A stretch of DNA of 30,850 nt from a virus (lineage: Duplodnaviria > Heunggongvirae > Uroviricota > Caudoviricetes), in IMG/VR virus record IMGVR_UViG_2563366976_000009, positions 1 through 30,850 of that record; one strand, given 5' to 3'. Positions 8,141-18,995 of this stretch are shown here, piece by piece; position 1 is the first letter of the stretch; each line of letters begins with the position of its first letter. The notes below the pieces were generated by a model that saw nothing but the letters and a program-made list of their open reading frames with translations, searched no databases and was not told the DNA's origin. The translations under genes and the position numbers were made by a program.

Positions 8141-8615
8141 CGTAATAGCGGCGATAAGTGGCGGGGCTATTGCTATAGCATCTGTGTTAATCACTGGACC
8201 AAGTGGTAACGATGGCCTGGAAGGTGTCAGCTACATACCATACAAAGATATTGTTGGTGTATGGACTGTATGCCACGGACACACCGGAAAAGACATCATG
8301 CTCGGTAAAACGTATACCGAAGCAGAATGCAAAGCCCTCCTGAATAAAGACCTTGCCACGGTCGCCAGACAAATTAACCCGTACATCAAAGTCGATATAC
8401 CGGAAACAACGCGCGGCGCTCTTTATTCGTTCGTCTATAACGTGGGCGCAGGCAATTTCAGAACATCGACGCTTCTTCGCAAAATCAACCAGGGCGATAT
8501 CAAGGGCGCATGTGACCAGCTACGTCGCTGGACATACGCTGGCGGTAAGCAATGGAAAGGGCTGATGACTCGCCGTGAGATTGAGCGTGAAGTCTGTTTG
8601 TGGGGGCAGCAATGA
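8112..8615 (+). CDS. SAR endolysin (phage 21 R-like lysozyme with N-terminal signal-anchor-release domain).
   Basis: Weakly hydrophobic Gly/Ala-rich N-terminus ([17 protein letters not shown]) followed by the lysozyme core [23 protein letters not shown]. Confidence 0.9.
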   Translation: MAMSPALRNSVIAAISGGAIAIASVLITGPSGNDGLEGVSYIPYKDIVGVWTVCHGHTGKDIMLGKTYTEAECKALLNKDLATVARQINPYIKVDIPETTRGALYSFVYNVGAGNFRTSTLLRKINQGDIKGACDQLRRWTYAGGKQWKGLMTRREIEREVCLWGQQ

Positions 8616-9049
8616 GCAGAGTAACTGCGATTATCTCCGCTCTGGTTATCTGCATCATCGTCTGCCTGTCATGGGCTGTTAATCATTACCGTGATAACGC
8701 AATCGCCTACAAAGAGCAGCGCGATAAGGCCGCATCCACAATTGCTGACATGCAGAAGCGTCAACGTGATGTAGCAGAACTTGACGCCAGATACACAAAG
8801 GAGCTTGCTGATGCTAACGCGACTATCGAAAGTCTCCGTGCTGATGTTTCTGCTGGTCGTAAGCGCCTGCAAGTCGCCGCCACCTGTGCAAAGTCAACGA
8901 CCGGAGCCAGCAGCATGGGCGATGGAGAAAGCCCAAGACTTACAGCAGATGCTGAACTCAATTATTACCGTCTCCGAAGTGGAATCGACAAGATAACCGC
9001 GCAGGTTAACTACCTGCAGGAATACATCAGGACGCAATGCCTGAAATAA
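8612..9049 (+). CDS. Rz: Rz i-spanin.
   Basis: [31 protein letters not shown]… near-identical to remembered lambda Rz at the N-terminus; ATGA overlap with the endolysin. Confidence 0.9.
   Translation: MSRVTAIISALVICIIVCLSWAVNHYRDNAIAYKEQRDKAASTIADMQKRQRDVAELDARYTKELADANATIESLRADVSAGRKRLQVAATCAKSTTGASSMGDGESPRLTADAELNYYRLRSGIDKITAQVNYLQEYIRTQCLK
8811..8996 (+). CDS. Rz1: Rz1 o-spanin lipoprotein, embedded in the +1 frame of Rz.
   Basis: Signal peptide with lipobox ([20 protein letters not shown]), then a proline-rich segment ([13 protein letters not shown]); fully nested within Rz. Confidence 0.7.
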   Translation: MLTRLSKVSVLMFLLVVSACKSPPPVQSQRPEPAAWAMEKAQDLQQMLNSIITVSEVESTR

Positions 9050-9080
9050 TTTTTTTGCAAATCACAAAGTCAATTTAATG

Positions 9081-9103
9081 AGCCTCGCGATGCGGGGCTT
9101 TTT
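9081..9103 (+). terminator. Rho-independent terminator after the lysis cassette.
   Basis: AGCCTCG-cgatg-CGGGGCT stem followed by TTTTT. Confidence 0.5.
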
Positions 9104-9110
9104 GCAATAA

Positions 9111-9135
9111 ATGCGTACCGCAACGCATGTTTTTT
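9111..9135 (+). terminator. Second tandem terminator.
   Basis: ATGCGT-accgca-ACGCAT stem followed by GTTTTTT. Confidence 0.5.
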
Positions 9136-9250
9136 ACACCGAACCTGCCCCTTTGGAATGGGCCTTTGAGGATACCAGTTAGTGCTGGCGAGCCTCGGTG
9201 GGCTGGTTTCCTATGCGGCAAAGGTTCATTTCAAATGGTAGGTAAACGTT

Positions 9251-9772
9251 ATGAATATCGTGCCACTTAATTACAAAGGTGAAATTGTCAGTTTCAACAC
9301 TGATGGTTGGATCAACGTCACAGGTGTTGCTGAGAGATTTGGAAAACGCATTGATAACTGGATGCGTTTGGCAGAAACGCTTGAATACGTTCGTGCTTTA
9401 GACGAAGCGTTGACCGGGAAAGAATCTCAAATTTTACATCCCTCACAATCGAGGTATGTAAAAACCAGCAAGGCACGAAAGGACAGGGGTGGTGGTACGT
9501 GGCTACATCCAAAACTTTCAGTTGCATTTGCCCGTTGGTGTGATGCTCGTTTTGCTGTGTGGTGCGACCTGCACATTGATAGTCTGCTTCGCGGTGAACT
9601 GACTGAGCAGCAGAAATATGAGCAAGCATGTCGCATTCGCGATGACCGGAAATCAAAAGCCAGCAATGGGGCAAGAGAGATGGCTCGCTGGCGATGGGAT
9701 AAGCCGGTTATTGAAGCAAATGTTGAGTACTGGCGCGAGCAACTGCAGTTGACTCTCGATATCGCGTGCTGA
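9251..9772 (+). CDS. KilA-N domain protein.
   Basis: N-terminal …FNTDGWINVTGVAERFGKRIDNWMR…LHPKLSVAFARW resembles the KilA-N DNA-binding domain. Confidence 0.55.
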   Translation: MNIVPLNYKGEIVSFNTDGWINVTGVAERFGKRIDNWMRLAETLEYVRALDEALTGKESQILHPSQSRYVKTSKARKDRGGGTWLHPKLSVAFARWCDARFAVWCDLHIDSLLRGELTEQQKYEQACRIRDDRKSKASNGAREMARWRWDKPVIEANVEYWREQLQLTLDIAC

Positions 9773-10187
9773 TGGCAAACGCAAAACTGCGTTATCGGAA
9801 AAATCAAAGCATTACGAGAACTGAGCAACGGCTATCCATTACAAAGCCCATCTACGGGTGGGCTTGATAATGAAACCGTGATTTACATCCCCACAATCCG
9901 GGTATGTAAAAGATAGTTCAGGCGAGAACAGATTTAACTAAATCTGTGCACCACCAGTTGCGGCAATACAGCGAAACAACCCAAGCCAGAAAGTGGGGAA
10001 ATAACACTGGCAGCCACTGAAAGATGAACCTCCTGCCTTATGGCAAAAAAGATTCTTTGTGGTGGCGGACTGATGGAAAGACATCGGTTATTGCAGAGAC
10101 CATTCAATGAGTGGTCTCGACAATGACTTATACCCTACACGGGATAACTTAACTGATATCCCTTTTAACGGATAAACGGAGCCAACA

Positions 10188-10430
10188 ATGGCAGAGATTA
10201 TTCCCATGACTGAAGAACAGAAATTCCAGTTAGAGATTTACAAGCTGGTCATGAACCAGAACGCAGCCGCAGAAGAAGCATTTCAGTTCATTGGCACTGA
10301 CGAGCTGAAGCTTGAGCTATTCAAAATTCACTTCCAGTCAGGTGGCGCTAATTCAGATATCACGACCCGCACTATCGAAGCGGTGCGTAAATCGAAGGAA
10401 GCGTTAGACCTGTTCACCACCGGAGCATGA
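10188..10430 (+). CDS. Hypothetical acidic protein (80 aa) upstream of the terminase genes.
   Basis: ORF with RBS (AACGGAG) before ATG 10188; no family recognised. Confidence 0.35.
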   Translation: MAEIIPMTEEQKFQLEIYKLVMNQNAAAEEAFQFIGTDELKLELFKIHFQSGGANSDITTRTIEAVRKSKEALDLFTTGA

Positions 10431-10459
10431 TGCTCAACCTGAAATAACGATTAAGTGAG

Positions 10460-10954
10460 ATGAATATGGCAGCACCAAAGGGCAACCGATTCTGGGAGGC
10501 CCGCAGTAGTCATGGGCGAAACCCTAAATTCGAATCGCCTGAGGCGCTGTGGGCTGCTTGTTGTGAATACTTCGAGTGGGCTGATGATAACCCGCTATGG
10601 GAGGGTAAGGTATTTTCATATCAGGGAGAAATAATTAAGGCTAATCTTCCTAAGATGCGAGCCATGACTATTTCAGGATTGTGTACCTTCCTTGATATCA
10701 CCAGGCAAACATGGGGAACCTTCCGGTCAATGGAAGGTTTTTCTGACGTCACATCACGAGCGGAAGACATCATCTACGACCAGAAATTCTCTGGCGCAGC
10801 CGCTGACCTTCTCAACGCTAACATCATCGCCCGTGATTTGGGCCTCAAAGAGCAGTCGCAAGTTGAAGACGTGACACCTGATAAGGGAGATCGCGATAAG
10901 CGACGCTCTCGTATCAAGGAGCTATTCAACCGTGGAACTGGACGCGATTCTTGA
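10460..10954 (+). CDS. Terminase small subunit.
   Basis: 164 aa, immediately upstream of and overlapping the large terminase; size and position as P22 gp3. Confidence 0.6.
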   Translation: MNMAAPKGNRFWEARSSHGRNPKFESPEALWAACCEYFEWADDNPLWEGKVFSYQGEIIKANLPKMRAMTISGLCTFLDITRQTWGTFRSMEGFSDVTSRAEDIIYDQKFSGAAADLLNANIIARDLGLKEQSQVEDVTPDKGDRDKRRSRIKELFNRGTGRDS

Positions 10955-12428
10955 TAACCTGAGCGACGAAGAGCAAATCGAGTTGCTCGAGCTACTCGAA
11001 GAAGAAGAGAACTACCGGAACACACACCTGCTATATGAATTTACGCCATACAGCAAACAGCGTGAGTTCATCGACGCCGGGCATGACTATCCAGAGCGCT
11101 GTTTTATGGCTGGTAACCAGCTTGGTAAGTCATTTACTGGTGCTGCTGAAGTCGCGTTTCACCTTACCGGGCGTTATCCGGGCACAAAAGGCTATCCTGC
11201 TGATGGTAAATATGGCGGTGAGTGGAAAGGTAAGCGTTTCTATGAGCCTGTTGTCTTCTGGATTGGCGGCGAGACAAACGAGACTGTAACCAAAACGACT
11301 CAACGCATCCTGTGCGGTCGTATTGAAGAGAATGACGAGCCAGGCTACGGTTCCATACCGAAAGAAGACATCATTAGCTGGAAGAAGTCTCCTTTCTTTC
11401 CGAACCTTGTTGATCATCTTCTGGTTAAGCATCACACGGCTGATGGCGTTGAAGATGGCATTTCAATCTGCTACTTCAAACCATACTCGCAAGGACGCGC
11501 TCGCTGGCAGGGTGACACAATCCACGGCGTGTGGTTTGACGAAGAGCCACCATACAGCATTTATGGCGAAGGGCTTACCCGTACCAACAAATACGGGCAA
11601 TTCTCAATTCTGACGTTTACCCCGCTGATGGGGATGTCTGACGTTGTTACCAAGTTCCTGAAGAATCCCAGCAAGTCGCAGAAAGTGGTCAACATGACCA
11701 TCTATGACGCTGAGCACTACACCGACGAGCAGAAAGAGCAAATCATCGCATCTTATCCTGAGCATGAGAGAGAGGCGCGTGCTCGCGGTATTCCTACGAT
11801 GGGTAGCGGTCGAATCTTCCAGATACCGGAAGAGACGATTAAGTGTCAGCCGTTCGAGTGTCCTGATCACTTCTACGTCATCAATGCAATGGACTTCGGA
11901 TGGGATCACCCACAGGCACATATCCAGCTTTGGTGGGATAAAGACGAGGACGTGATTTATCTTTCTCGCGTCTGGAAGGCCAAACAGAAGAAGGCGACAG
12001 AGGCATGGAGTGCTGTTAAAGCATGGAGCAAAAACACCCCTACGGCTTGGCCTCATGACGGGCATCAGCACGAAAAGGGAGGCGGCGCTCAGCTCAAGGA
12101 ACAATACGCCGACGCTGGGTTCGACATGTTGCCAGATCATGCAACATGGCCTGATGGAGGTAATGCGGTCGAACCCGGGATAGCAGAGATACGCGACATG
12201 ATGCTCGACGGTCGTTTCAAGGTATTTAACACCTGCGAGCCATTCTTTGAAGAGTTTCGCCTGTATCACCGCGATGAGAACGGGAAGATCGTCAAGCTAA
12301 ATGACGACATCCTTTCTGCTGTTCGCTATGGCTACATGATGAGGCGTTTTGCAATACAGATGCGAGACATCAAAGATCCTAAAGAGATTGATTACTCAAG
12401 CTACAACATACCTTGCGGAGTTGGATGA
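10932..12428 (+). CDS. Terminase large subunit (GTG start).
   Basis: 498 aa; ATPase/nuclease-type terminase features and P22 gp2-like position and size. Confidence 0.85.
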   Translation: MELDAILDNLSDEEQIELLELLEEEENYRNTHLLYEFTPYSKQREFIDAGHDYPERCFMAGNQLGKSFTGAAEVAFHLTGRYPGTKGYPADGKYGGEWKGKRFYEPVVFWIGGETNETVTKTTQRILCGRIEENDEPGYGSIPKEDIISWKKSPFFPNLVDHLLVKHHTADGVEDGISICYFKPYSQGRARWQGDTIHGVWFDEEPPYSIYGEGLTRTNKYGQFSILTFTPLMGMSDVVTKFLKNPSKSQKVVNMTIYDAEHYTDEQKEQIIASYPEHEREARARGIPTMGSGRIFQIPEETIKCQPFECPDHFYVINAMDFGWDHPQAHIQLWWDKDEDVIYLSRVWKAKQKKATEAWSAVKAWSKNTPTAWPHDGHQHEKGGGAQLKEQYADAGFDMLPDHATWPDGGNAVEPGIAEIRDMMLDGRFKVFNTCEPFFEEFRLYHRDENGKIVKLNDDILSAVRYGYMMRRFAIQMRDIKDPKEIDYSSYNIPCGVG

Positions 12429-14629
12429 TGGCTGATGATAGAAAGATGACTGACTGGCATCGCAAGGTGCTGTGCAACTTTGATAATGCCTGGTCAGCAA
12501 CGCAGGATATGCGAGAGCAGATTATTGAGGCTCAACGTTTCGTCCGGGTGTCCGGCGCACAGTGGGAAGGCAGCACAAACGCTGGTTACTCATTTGATGA
12601 AGGCAGGTTTGAGCATTACCCGCGCTTTGAACTGAATAAGATTGCCCGTGAATGTGATCGCATCATTGGCGAGTATCGACAGAATCGCATCAGCGTTAAA
12701 TTCAGGCCGAAGGATGACAAGGCATCGGAAGCGTTAGCCGAAAAGATGAACGGCAAATTCCGCGCTGACTATCAGGAAACATCCGGTGGCGAAGCGTGTG
12801 ATAACGCATTTGATGATGCTGTAACGGGCGGATTCGGTTGTTTCCGCATGTGTGCCGATTACGAAGATGAAATGGACCCAAGTAACGAGCAGCGACGCAT
12901 CAGCCTTCTTCCTGTTTACGACCCAGCGACATGCGTTTTCTTCGATCAGGACAGCAAGCAATATGACCGCTCTGATGCTATGTGGGCTATGGAAATGTTC
13001 TCCATGACGCCTAAAGCGTTCGAGGCTGAATACCCTGATTCCATCGCGGCAAGCCTTTCTCGTGATGACACTGGTACTCAGTATGACTGGTCAACGCCTG
13101 ACGCCATCTATGTTGGACGCTACTACGAAGTTCGCGTAGAGAAGGTGAAGCTCACAGCATGGCGTAACCCTGTTAGCGGAGAAACGGCAATCTATGATGA
13201 AGATCAAATCAAAGATATTGTCGACGAGCTGACCGATGGCGCATTCGAACTGATTGGTGAGCGGACAGTGAAGAAACGCCGAGTTTATTGCGGTCTTCTG
13301 TCTGGCGCTGAATGGCTGGAAGAACCGAAGCGTATTCCGGGCGAACATATTCCTCTCATCCCGGTATATGGGCGTCGTTCATTTGTTGATAATCAGGAGC
13401 GAATCGAAGGCCACGCAGCAAAAGCGATGGATGCACAGCGTCTTGAGAACCTGATGGTTTCCATGATTGCAGATAACGCTACTCAGGCTGGCGGCGATGG
13501 CATTCCTGTAGTTGATGTTGACATGATTCCTGGTCCTCTTGCCACTCATTGGGCGGAGCGCAACAAAAAGCGCCCGGCGTTCCTGCCGATGGTCAGTCTG
13601 AAAAACAAAAACGGAGATATTACTGCGCAGGCTCAGGTCAGCAGTTATACACCTACAACACAAATGCCTCCTGCTCTTGCCGGGCTATTGCAGTACACCG
13701 GAACTGCTATTCAGCAAATTACAGGTGCGTCGCAGCTTGAGAACATGCCGAGCAACGTCGCCACCGATACCGTTGATAGCATCTTTAACCGGATGGACAC
13801 GCAGTCCTATATCTACATGGACAACATGGCTAAATCCATGCGTCGCGCTGGCGTTGTGTGGCTTTCTATGGCGCGTGAGGTCTATGGCAGTGATACGCCG
13901 ATGCGTATCGTTAATGAGGACGGCAGCGATGACGTGGCGCTGATGACTGGTGAAGTGGTTGACCGTCAGACAGGGCAGGTTATCGCGCTTAATGACCTTT
14001 CGCAGGGCAACTATGAAGTGACTGTCGATGTCGGTCAGTCGTTCGCTACTCGTCGTGATGCAACGGTTAAGTCGTTACTTTCCATGCTGGCACTTATCCC
14101 ACCAGGAACGCAGAAGCACGACCTTGTATCGTCGATGATTCTCGACAATATGGACGGCGAAGGGATGGACGACCTTAAAGAATACAACCGCAATCAGTTG
14201 CTTCTGTCTGGCGTTATCAAGCCGAGAACGCCTGAAGAACAGCAGATGGTTGAACAGGCGAAACAACAACAGGCCAGTCAGCCAGATCCGGCTATGGTTG
14301 CAGCGCAAGGTCAACTTCTTGCTGGTCAGGCTGAATTGCAGAAAGCGCAGAACGAACAGGCAGCTATTCAGGTTAAAGCATTCCAGGCACAGACGGATGC
14401 TCAGGTTGCTGCGGCAAATGTTGTGAAAATCCTCGCATCTGCCGATAGCCAGCAGAAATCTGATATCCGCGAGGCTCTGAAACTGCTCGGACAGTTCCAG
14501 CAACAGCAAGGAGATAACGCCCGTGCTGATGCAGAGCTTGTCCTGAAAAGTCAGGCACAGGGCCATGCACAACGAATGGACATCAGCAGCATCCTGCAAA
14601 AATCAACCCAGCAACAATCACAGCAGTAA
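12428..14629 (+). CDS. Portal protein (P22 gp1-like), with a Gln/Ala-rich C-terminal coiled-coil barrel.
   Basis: About 733 aa; N-terminus MADDRK… and C-terminal …PEEQQ…QAKQ…DPAMV…AQG…LL.GQAEL.KAQN… parallel remembered P22 portal; start overlaps the terminase stop. Confidence 0.85.
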   Translation: MADDRKMTDWHRKVLCNFDNAWSATQDMREQIIEAQRFVRVSGAQWEGSTNAGYSFDEGRFEHYPRFELNKIARECDRIIGEYRQNRISVKFRPKDDKASEALAEKMNGKFRADYQETSGGEACDNAFDDAVTGGFGCFRMCADYEDEMDPSNEQRRISLLPVYDPATCVFFDQDSKQYDRSDAMWAMEMFSMTPKAFEAEYPDSIAASLSRDDTGTQYDWSTPDAIYVGRYYEVRVEKVKLTAWRNPVSGETAIYDEDQIKDIVDELTDGAFELIGERTVKKRRVYCGLLSGAEWLEEPKRIPGEHIPLIPVYGRRSFVDNQERIEGHAAKAMDAQRLENLMVSMIADNATQAGGDGIPVVDVDMIPGPLATHWAERNKKRPAFLPMVSLKNKNGDITAQAQVSSYTPTTQMPPALAGLLQYTGTAIQQITGASQLENMPSNVATDTVDSIFNRMDTQSYIYMDNMAKSMRRAGVVWLSMAREVYGSDTPMRIVNEDGSDDVALMTGEVVDRQTGQVIALNDLSQGNYEVTVDVGQSFATRRDATVKSLLSMLALIPPGTQKHDLVSSMILDNMDGEGMDDLKEYNRNQLLLSGVIKPRTPEEQQMVEQAKQQQASQPDPAMVAAQGQLLAGQAELQKAQNEQAAIQVKAFQAQTDAQVAAANVVKILASADSQQKSDIREALKLLGQFQQQQGDNARADAELVLKSQAQGHAQRMDISSILQKSTQQQSQQ

Positions 14630-14719
14630 TTAACCAATAACGTGCAATGGCTGTCTTTATGAGGCCTGGCACCCTATTGCCTTCCGATGGGCTGAACATC
14701 GAGTAAACAGGGGTAACAA

Positions 14720-15616
14720 ATGGACCAGATGGCAGAAAACACACCAGAAGTTGAAATAGAAACCGATACATCAGAGCAGATTCCTGATGATGTCGAACTG
14801 GCTGAAGAAGTCGAAACAGAAGATGGCAGTGAGTCCTCCGGCAATGATGCAGAGGAAGCTACTGAAACTGATGACGACGAATCAGAACAGGAATTCTACT
14901 TTGGTGACGAAAAGCTGGATTCGCCAACCAGCGAAGATGGCGCTGAGCATGGACTGGTAAAACACCTGCGCAAGACGATTAAAGAGAAAGACCGCGAGCT
15001 GAAAGAGCTGATGCGTCAGTCCCAGAAACCCGTCGAGCAGCAGCCGGTAATCACTCAACCACCGCGAATGCCAAAACTGGATGATGAGGACATCGGTTTC
15101 GATGAAGAAATCTACCAGCAACGCATGGCTAAGTGGGCGGAGGACAACGGCAAATACCAGGAGCAAGTACGAGAGCGGAAACGAGAGGAAGAGGCGCGTA
15201 CCGCAACGCTTCAGCAGAAAGCAGCCAATTACATGCATAGAGTAAAAGCACTGAAAGTGGCTGGTTACCAGGATGCAGAGCAGGCTGTACGCGAAGATGT
15301 TCCTGTTCACATTCAGGACATGATCCTTCTTGAGTCAGAGAAGCCGGAAATCGTTGTTCTGGCACTCGGTCGCAACGCTGAACTGCGCAAGCAACTGGCA
15401 GAAGCTACCAACCCCGTAGCAATTGGTCGTCTGCTGGAACGTATCGAATCGAAGGCCAGAATCATGCCAAAAGCAAAAACCACGGCAGCCACAACCCCGA
15501 CAGTTAAGGGGAGCAACGGCGCAGTAATCAATAACCTCGACAAACTTCTCGAAAAAGCGCGCGACACCGGTGATTACACCGAATACCGGGCGGCGAAGAA
15601 CAAAGCTAAAAAATAA
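14720..15616 (+). CDS. Scaffolding protein.
   Basis: 298 aa, highly acidic N-terminus, Glu/Lys/Arg-rich helical body; position between portal and coat. Confidence 0.65.
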   Translation: MDQMAENTPEVEIETDTSEQIPDDVELAEEVETEDGSESSGNDAEEATETDDDESEQEFYFGDEKLDSPTSEDGAEHGLVKHLRKTIKEKDRELKELMRQSQKPVEQQPVITQPPRMPKLDDEDIGFDEEIYQQRMAKWAEDNGKYQEQVRERKREEEARTATLQQKAANYMHRVKALKVAGYQDAEQAVREDVPVHIQDMILLESEKPEIVVLALGRNAELRKQLAEATNPVAIGRLLERIESKARIMPKAKTTAATTPTVKGSNGAVINNLDKLLEKARDTGDYTEYRAAKNKAKK

Positions 15617-15636
15617 TCCATCGGAGCTAAATACCT

Positions 15637-16896
15637 ATGTCTAACCAGTTAACAAAAGACCTCGAAATCCTCTTTGAGAGCGTCATTGATAGTTTTGAGG
15701 CGTCCAATGTCGTTTCCCGCGAGTGCAGCAAGTTCCGACCGGGCGACATTGAAATGCAGCGCGCTGGCGACGTTGTTTATCGCCCTCAGGGCTACCACCT
15801 GAAAACCGTGAGCGGACTTGATCTGACTTCGGCCACTGCAAACTCACTCGTTCAGCGTCAGGTGCCTGCTCGCTTCCGCGAGCCAGAGAACGTCATCTAC
15901 GAACTGGACGCAAAAGAAATGCGCGATCCGTGGCACAAAGAGCAGGCTGGCAAGGCGGCGGGTCGCCAGTTGGCGGCGTGGGTTGATAACATGATCGTCG
16001 ATGAGGTGGTCGCTCGCTCCACCAACGTGGTCACCATTAAATCGGCGTCCACCGGTAGCACTCTCGGCGAAGAACTCTGGAACGCATCGGCTGACGTTGA
16101 TGCAATGATGCTGTCCATTGGTGTGCCTCAGGGTGGTCAGCGCAAGGCGTTCTACAACCCGTTCAACTACAAAGACCTGGCTAAGGAGCTTGGCTCTCGC
16201 GCATATGCGGTCGGTGCAACTCTGACAGCCTATGAGAAAGCTCAGATTCCACCTGTGGCATCCTTCGACAGTTTCCGCGTTGATTATGCTGGCGCAATGA
16301 AGGCTGGTTCAGCTACCGCTGTAACTCTCGGCGGCGCAGTAGCACATAAAGTTACCGCGATGGATTCCAACGGAGCGCCTACCGATAACCGCCAGGGTGA
16401 TATCACCGTATCCGCTGAGAACGTACTGGCTGTCGGTGATGCATTCACTATCGAAGGCGTTAACAGTGTCCACATGATCAAGAAGGTGGATACAGGTCAG
16501 CCGCAGGTATTCCGCGTCCTGGATGTAAAAGGCACTACCGTTACCATCAGCCCGAAAATTCTGCCACCAGACAACGCGGATAAGGCGTCTATTCCTTACC
16601 AGAACGTTACCGCCAATCCGAAGAATAGCGCGAAGATCAACATCCTCAACAAGAAGGCTGCGGCTTCCAACATCTTCTTCGCTGAGGGTTCTGTTGAGCT
16701 GATGTATGGCAAGTTGGCATTCCCTACCGGCCAGGGTCCGCAGGTTATGACCGCAACGACCGAGCAGGGTGCGACCATCATCATGGCTTACCAATTCGAC
16801 GCTAAATCTGGCAAAACGTGGACTCGCTTCACCACGCTGGCTGGCGCAAGCGTACTGGTCCCGGAATTCACCGGCCTGGTATTGGCTAACCAGTAA
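15637..16896 (+). CDS. Major capsid (coat) protein.
   Basis: 419 aa, follows the scaffold gene, and is followed by a strong terminator as is typical for coat genes. Confidence 0.7.
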   Translation: MSNQLTKDLEILFESVIDSFEASNVVSRECSKFRPGDIEMQRAGDVVYRPQGYHLKTVSGLDLTSATANSLVQRQVPARFREPENVIYELDAKEMRDPWHKEQAGKAAGRQLAAWVDNMIVDEVVARSTNVVTIKSASTGSTLGEELWNASADVDAMMLSIGVPQGGQRKAFYNPFNYKDLAKELGSRAYAVGATLTAYEKAQIPPVASFDSFRVDYAGAMKAGSATAVTLGGAVAHKVTAMDSNGAPTDNRQGDITVSAENVLAVGDAFTIEGVNSVHMIKKVDTGQPQVFRVLDVKGTTVTISPKILPPDNADKASIPYQNVTANPKNSAKINILNKKAAASNIFFAEGSVELMYGKLAFPTGQGPQVMTATTEQGATIIMAYQFDAKSGKTWTRFTTLAGASVLVPEFTGLVLANQ

Positions 16897-16900
16897 TCCA

Positions 16901-16926
16901 AGGGGCTTCGGCCCCTCTTTTTTTTT
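16901..16926 (+). terminator. Strong rho-independent terminator after the coat gene.
   Basis: AGGGGC-ttcg-GCCCCT stem followed by a 9-T run. Confidence 0.7.
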
Positions 16927-16936
16927 GGAGATCGAA

Positions 16937-17125
16937 ATGTCTCAAATCATGCTTTATAAGCCGGGATCGATGATCACCTGCGGCCCCCACTCGCTGGATT
17001 ACATCATCGTTGATGACGAAGAAGTTAAATCTCACCTGAAAAAAGGCTGGGTAAAAACTCCTGAAGAAACCGCAACGAAGCAAAAAGTGGCTAAGGCGGA
17101 AGAAGATGGCGAAAACGAAGGGTGA
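16937..17125 (+). CDS. Hypothetical small protein (62 aa).
   Basis: GGAG RBS 6 nt before ATG 16937; no family recognised. Confidence 0.3.
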   Translation: MSQIMLYKPGSMITCGPHSLDYIIVDDEEVKSHLKKGWVKTPEETATKQKVAKAEEDGENEG

Positions 17126-17567
17126 TCTCGTTCTAAAGGCTTTACGAAAAGCCGGGCTGTATTCCAATGCCACGTTGACAGATGCTGACCCTCAGGCAAT
17201 TGAAGATGCCATTAATGACCTCGAAGACATGATGGCAGCATGGCAGGCTAAAGGTATCGAGCTTGGATATCAGTTTGCTGATACAGAAAACGGCATCATG
17301 CCGTTACCTGACGATGATTCAGGTATCCCTGCATGGGCAAATGATGGCGTCGCTTTGAAACTCGCTGTGCAAGTGTGCATGGATAACGTCATTCAGCCGT
17401 CAGACGCTCTCCTTACCGCTGCTGACAGTGCATATCAAACAATCTGTATCGCTTTAACCAAAATACCACCACTTGAGCGGCGAAATGATATGCCTCGCGG
17501 GGCGGGGTTAAAAAGCGCGTTTACGTGGAATCGGTTTTACATCGAGAAAGATGATCCGAGTACGTGA
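17106..17567 (+). CDS. Head-tail adaptor / tail accessory protein (P22 gp4-like by position and size).
   Basis: 153 aa; synteny with the P22 order 5-4-10-26. Confidence 0.5.
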   Translation: MAKTKGDLVLKALRKAGLYSNATLTDADPQAIEDAINDLEDMMAAWQAKGIELGYQFADTENGIMPLPDDDSGIPAWANDGVALKLAVQVCMDNVIQPSDALLTAADSAYQTICIALTKIPPLERRNDMPRGAGLKSAFTWNRFYIEKDDPST

Positions 17568-17576
17568 GGTGAATAA

Positions 17577-18995
17577 ATGCCGATTCAGCAACTTCCGCTT
17601 ATGAAAGGTGTCGGCAAAGACTTTCGAAACGCCGACTATATCGACTATCTGCCAGTGAATATGCTGGCTACGCCCAAAGAAATACTCAACAGCAGCGGAT
17701 ATCTTCGCTCATTCCCGGGCATTGCCAAACGTTCTGATGTGAACGGCGTATCGCGGGGCGTCGAGTACAACATGGCGCAGAATGCTGTTTATCGCGTATG
17801 TGGTGGTAAGCTGTACAAAGGAGAAAGTGAAGTCGGTGACGTCGCCGGAAGTGGTCGCGTATCAATGGCGCATGGTCGAACATCTCAGGCTGTAGGCGTT
17901 AATGGTCAACTGGTCGAGTATCGCTATGATGGTACGGTTAAAACCGTCTCAAACTGGCCTACAGACAGCGGATTCACGCAGTATGAGTTAGGCTCAGTCC
18001 GCGACATTACGCGATTACGTGGGCGTTATGCGTGGTCAAAAGACGGTACTGATTCATGGTTTATCACTGACCTTGAAGACGAATCTCATCCTGACCGCTA
18101 CAGCGCACAATATCGCGCAGAATCGCAGCCTGACGGCATCATCGGCATCGGAACATGGCGAGACTTCATCGTATGCTTTGGTTCATCAACGATTGAATAT
18201 TTCTCCCTGACTGGCGCAACCACCGTTGGTGCCGCGTTGTATGTCGCACAGCCATCACTGATGGTGCAGAAAGGAATTGCCGGAACCTACTGCAAAACGC
18301 CGTTTGCTGATTCGTATGCGTTCATCAGCAATCCGGCAACGGGTGCGCCGTCTGTGTACATCATCGGTTCCGGTCAGGTGTCACCAATCGCCAGCGCGAG
18401 CATTGAGAAAATCCTCCGCTCCTACACTGCTGATGAACTGGCTGATGGCGTGATGGAATCGTTGCGCTTTGATGCTCATGAGTTGCTGATTATCCACCTT
18501 CCGCGCCACGTCCTAGTATATGACGCATCTTCAAGCGCTAATGGTCCGCAATGGTGTGTGCTGAAAACAGGCTTGTATGACGATGTGTACCGCGCTATCG
18601 ACTTCATTTACGAAGGCAATCAGATAACGTGCGGAGATAAGCTGGAATCGGTTATCGGCAAATTGCAGTTCGATATCAGCAGCCAGTATGGGCTACAGCA
18701 AGAACACCTGTTGTTTACACCACTCTTCAAAGCTGAGAACGCCAGATGTTTTGATCTGGAAGTTGAATCATCGACTGGTGTCGCTCAGTACGCTGACCGC
18801 CTGTTCCTCTCTGCAACCACTGACGGCATCAATTGGGGAAAAGAGCAGATGATTGAGCAGAATGAACCGTTCGTTTACGACAAACGCGTTTTGTGGAAGC
18901 GAGTAGGGCGCATCAGGAAAAATGTCGGCTTCAAATTGCGCGTTATCACGAAGTCACCTGTCACTCTGTCTGGCGCTCAGATAAGGATCGAGTAA
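17577..18995 (+). CDS. Tail hub / tail accessory protein (P22 gp10-like).
   Basis: 472 aa, same length as P22 gp10; synteny. Confidence 0.55.
   Translation: MPIQQLPLMKGVGKDFRNADYIDYLPVNMLATPKEILNSSGYLRSFPGIAKRSDVNGVSRGVEYNMAQNAVYRVCGGKLYKGESEVGDVAGSGRVSMAHGRTSQAVGVNGQLVEYRYDGTVKTVSNWPTDSGFTQYELGSVRDITRLRGRYAWSKDGTDSWFITDLEDESHPDRYSAQYRAESQPDGIIGIGTWRDFIVCFGSSTIEYFSLTGATTVGAALYVAQPSLMVQKGIAGTYCKTPFADSYAFISNPATGAPSVYIIGSGQVSPIASASIEKILRSYTADELADGVMESLRFDAHELLIIHLPRHVLVYDASSSANGPQWCVLKTGLYDDVYRAIDFIYEGNQITCGDKLESVIGKLQFDISSQYGLQQEHLLFTPLFKAENARCFDLEVESSTGVAQYADRLFLSATTDGINWGKEQMIEQNEPFVYDKRVLWKRVGRIRKNVGFKLRVITKSPVTLSGAQIRIE

Noticed and set aside
11604-12269. Long antisense ORFs inside the terminase, portal and coat genes (for example 11604-12269, 14075-14599, 16309-16794 on the minus strand).
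   Set aside because: They are fully embedded opposite strongly supported structural genes; this is typical of spurious antisense ORFs.
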